Source: Blastocladiella emersonii ATCC 22665 (lineage: Eukaryota; Fungi; Blastocladiomycota). Taken from it: a stretch of 64,000 nt of DNA. Location of the stretch: the NCBI GenBank assembly GCA_025594325.1, contig JANHCV010000001.1:2480001-2544000 (forward strand), written 5' to 3'. Numbering within the stretch: the first letter of the stretch is position 1; the number at the start of each line of letters is the position of its first letter. Positions 60,701 to 64,000 of this stretch are shown here, one piece after another. Below the pieces are notes generated by a model, which made no database searches, was not told the origin of the DNA, and saw only the letters and a program-made list of their open reading frames with translations. The position numbers were made by a program, and so were the translations under genes.

Positions 60701-62338
60701 TTCCAGACCCGCTCGCGCCGGCCATGGCATATGTCGTGGCATTGGGGATGGTCAGGGAGAAGTTCTTGAGGATCGGGACGTCCGGGCGCGACGGGTAGTG
60801 GAACGACACGTTGCGGAACTCGATGTCGCCGCGCAGCTTCTCGACGCGGATACCCTCGGGCGACGACGCGTCAATGGCGGGAACACGGTCGATCACGTCG
60901 AAGATCTTGGCCGCAGCGCCGCCGGCAGTGGCGATGGCCTGGAAGTTGGGCGCGGCCTGGCCGAGCATCATGGCGCCGATGATGACCGAGAAGAACACGT
61001 TGAGCACGGTACCGCCCTGGATCTCGTTGTCGTAGACGAGCGTCGACCCATACCAGAAGGCGAGCGCGTAGACCGAGTACATGATGGCCATGAAGATGCC
61101 CATGAAGACGCCCGAGATGGCGGCCTTGCGGCGGTTGAGCTGGTACGACTTCTCGAGCTTGGCCTCGTAGCGGGTCGCGAGGCGCTCCTCGCCGCCGAAC
61201 GACACGACGGTGCGGATGTAGGCGAGCGCCTCCTGCGCGACGGCACCGGCCTCGGCGTAGGTGGCCTGGGACTTGTTGGTCGCGTCGCCGACCATCTTGG
61301 CCATGAGGCCACCGGCGGCACCCAGGAGCGGCGTGACGGCGAGCAGGACGAGCGTGAGCTTCCAACTCTTTAAAAAGGCAATCACAAAGCCGGAGATGAA
61401 TGTGATGCCGTACTGAGCCGTGAGGCTCACCTTCTCCGAGATGCCCTCCTGGACGAGCGAGATGTCGCCCGTGAGACGCGTCGTGATGTCGCCGGCCGCG
61501 TGCTTGTCGAAAAACGCACAGTCCTGCTTGAGAACCGACTCGAGGAAGGACTCGCGCATGCGCTTGGCCTGGCGCTCGGCCGAGGCCATCCAGAAGGCCT
61601 GCGACGCGTACGCGGCCACGAACGCGGCGGCACCGATGATGACGAAGTAGACGATGTTGAGGATGATCTGGTCCTCGAGCGTCTTGCGCGCGACAGCGAG
61701 CTCGGCGGGCGAGGTGGCCGTGGCCGACTTGATGGCCGTCTCGGTGAAGGCCGTGATGATGTCGCCGAAAATGATAGTCATGATGGGCATTCCGACGCCT
61801 AGACACGCGTAATCGAGGGAAACGAAGGTTAGTATTTCGTCATAGTCAGCGAAGTGCTCTCGAATCGTGCGAGATCCGGGGGGAGGTGGGGAAGGTGCTG
61901 TGCCACCACGAAGCCGCGCGCCACTTTGGCTCGGCCACCGCATGGCGCGGTGGGAGACATCGGCAGTGACGCGCCAGCGGCGGCAGGCAGAGCGGCAGGT
62001 GGCGCGGCCAGCAGGCGCGGACGGAAGGGTGCGAATGGACCACCGTCATGCGATCGTACCAAAGACGGCAGCGCCGATGAGGCCGAAGAACATGAGCAGC
62101 TTGTCGGTGGTGTCGGCAAAGCTACGCGAGCGAGCGAGAGTGTCAGTGTGGGATGAGGCACGACACCACGGAGATCCGCGCACCGGAAGAGCTTGTGGAA
62201 GGGGACGGGCGGCAGCGTCGGCGGCGTGACGGGCGCGTAGTCGACGCCCTTGTCAGCACCGTCAACGGCGGCGGACTCGGTCATCTCGACGTCGTCGCCG
62301 TGCTTGCCTTCGGGGTCGGCCGTGGTCGTGGCGGCCAT
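57710..62338 (-). CDS. Full-size ABCB (P-glycoprotein/MDR1-type) ABC transporter, TMD-NBD-TMD-NBD, multi-exon
   Basis: NBD1 has [20 protein letters not shown] and [14 protein letters not shown]2 has [20 protein letters not shown] and [14 protein letters not shown] motifs include [14 protein letters not shown] and [16 protein letters not shown] at 62338, stop at 57710-57712. Confidence 0.95.
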
Positions 62339-63055
62339 GGCGGTGTAGGTTGCAGTTGAGCGGGACGGCTCGGAGCGGGAGAGAGAGCTCTCCGAGGGGG
62401 ACGAGGTCGCCGCCATGTTGGTGCTTGCCTTGGCAATCCAGTGGCAGGGCGGGCGAAAGTGGGAGACAGCGAGGGGAGGGCCGTCGGGCCGAGATCGAGG
62501 CCAGGAAGTCGAGGCCGCGGGTCGGTGGCCGAGGGTTATTCAGAAACCGCTGCGGGCAGAGTGCGATGATGCAAGAGGGCCTCGGGCGAGAACTGGAGGC
62601 GTTGCTCGGCGATTGCGTAGAGTGCGGACGATGGCCGCGGTCCGTGTGCGGGGGCCTTGGCCTTTATGAAGAGAAAGAGAGAGGCGTCAACAGGGTGTGG
62701 CCGGCCCTGCCACCAACTGAGCTCGGTGGCCAGGGAACCAGGGTCCCAGGGAACCTTCCTTGAAGATCGGACGTCCGCCGGATCAACACTCGACACCGCT
62801 TTCGGCGGCCGCAGGGAATGAATCATTCTTCCGACCCGCCGCGGCCCCGCGCGAGCCGCCGGCTGGGAAGTCGCTTCACGTGTGGGCTGACGCCATAACG
62901 TTTGCGCCACGTTGAACGCGGCCGGAGTGATTGTCTCGCGTGCGAGACATTTCCAGCGCCACTGCCCGCGTGACCTGACGCGTGATCACTTACACGCGTC
63001 GCGAAATTCCGCACCGGTCTATGACCACAACCAGTGCCGACACCACTACGCTGGC

Positions 63056-63825
63056 TCGGACTCCTGCTGCGCTGGTACGACGTGGGCTCGGGTCGGGTCG
63101 AGGTGGACGCGCTCGACGTGCGGCAGTGGAACCTGCCCAACGTGCGGTCGCACATGGCGCTGGTCGGGCAGGAGCCGCAGCTCTTCTCCATGTCGATCGC
63201 CGACAACATCCGGTACTCGAAGCCCGACGCGACCATGGCCGAGGTGCACGCGGCGGCCGAGGTGTCCAACATCCACAAGTTCATCACGTCGCTGCCCGAC
63301 GGCTACGACACGCTGATCACGGGCGCGCAGGTTTCGGGTGGCCAGAAGCAGCGCATCGCCATTGGTACGGCTTTGCGCTCACGCCCGCGCCCGCGCCCTC
63401 GCGAGTTCGACCGCTAACTGACGCCTTCCCTCGCTCCCTTCCGCTCCCCGACCCTGTAGCTCGGGCCATTCTCAAGTCGCCCAAGATCCTGCTGCTCGAC
63501 GAAAGTACTGCGGCGCTGGACTCCGCGTCCGAGAAGGTTGTGCAGGAGGCGCTCGACCGCGTGTCGGCGGGCCGCACGACCATCACGATTGCGCACCGGT
63601 ACGTCTTTTTTTGAGCTCGTCCGCCTCGTGTCGACGACCCAGTTGCTGACCCTCCCTCCCCTTTTGCGTCCGAAACGTAGTCTCTCGACGATCCAGGACG
63701 CCGACCTCATCCTGTGCATGCGCGACGGCGTGGTCGCCGAGCAGGGCACGCACGACGAGCTGTACGCCATGAACGGGCTGTACACGTCGCTCGTCAACAG
63801 CCAGAAGCTCGGCGGCGGGCACTAG
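63056..63825 (+). pseudogene. 5'-truncated, intron-containing inverted copy of the ABCB 3' end (NBD2 without Walker A)
   Basis: Reverse complement of 57710-58479 including two introns. It starts abruptly at G-L-L-L-R-W-Y-D with no upstream TMD or Walker A. Confidence 0.85.
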
Positions 63826-64000
63826 GTGCTCTGCGTTCTTGTTCTGTATCCGTTATCTTGTGCGCGTTTTGTGACCGTTTTGGAATCAACACTAGCTCTT
63901 TCTCGGTAACGTCTTCGTGTTTGTTCCTCGGCGAGTCTTGACTTTGCTCGACTTGCACAGTCCGACAAGCGACGCGACGCGACGCACCGTGCTCTTCTTG

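Larger units (their letters stand above)
57535..64000. repeat. Inverted repeat pair: 57535-58479 and 63056-64000 (945 bp or more; the right arm runs off the window) flanking a ~4.6-kb spacer
   Basis: The last window bases are the reverse complement of 57535-57574. ORF translations from the two arms are identical. One substitution is visible near the junction (ggactgctg vs ggactcctg). Confidence 0.95.

Noticed and set aside
61799-62059. 261-nt intron in ABCB, much longer than the others
   Set aside because: It has normal donor, branch and acceptor sites with no visible TIR, ORF or snoRNA boxes; length alone is not informative.
2941-62059. Predominance of GTACG donors rather than GTAAGT/GTGAG
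   Set aside because: GTACG/GTGCG donors are common in GC-rich fungi. All introns read are canonical GT-AG, with no sign of U12 or non-canonical splicing.
9482-62338. A secondary-metabolite cluster linking the prenyltransferase fusion with the OPT and ABCB transporters
   Set aside because: They are more than 40 kb apart and separated by housekeeping genes; the fusion's direct neighbours are the RSU1-like and H2A.Z genes.
57535-64000. Interpreting the inverted repeats as transposon terminal inverted repeats
   Set aside because: The arms are ABCB exon, intron and 3' flank sequence, and the spacer encodes no transposase. No target-site duplication can be evaluated inside the window.

Overview
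GC-rich eukaryotic DNA with many short spliceosomal introns (about 55-100 nt; mostly GTACG/GTGCG donors, CTGAC/CTAAC branch sites, YAG acceptors). Gene content suggests a flagellated (zoosporic) fungus such as a chytrid or blastoclad (inference): it has the ciliary gene CCDC113, the kinetochore protein ROD/KNTC1, an OPT peptide transporter and fungal-type introns. About 16 protein genes are supportable: RPC5 3' end, a coiled-coil/C1q-like protein, CCDC113, a Rap-GAP, an RSU1-like LRR protein, a MenA/UbiA prenyltransferase fused to a flavin monooxygenase, a divergent H2A.Z, a 2-TM orphan, ROD, a ~5,090-aa acidic repeat protein with a C-terminal membrane anchor, a PHD-finger protein with a huge disordered tail, ALG3, a coiled-coil orphan, an ankyrin-NUDT12-like NADH diphosphatase, an OPT transporter and an ABCB/MDR transporter. 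The 3' end of the ABCB gene is duplicated in inverted orientation just upstream of its own promoter. Most unusual: the prenyltransferase-monooxygenase fusion, the giant protein built from ten near-identical ~1,161-bp units, the inverted duplication, animal-type genes (RSU1-like, long-form RPC5, ROD, ankyrin-NUDT12), and a recurring ACGCGTCTC/palindromic promoter motif. Family assignments come from motifs and remembered reference sequences, not database searches. Exon boundaries were read by eye.
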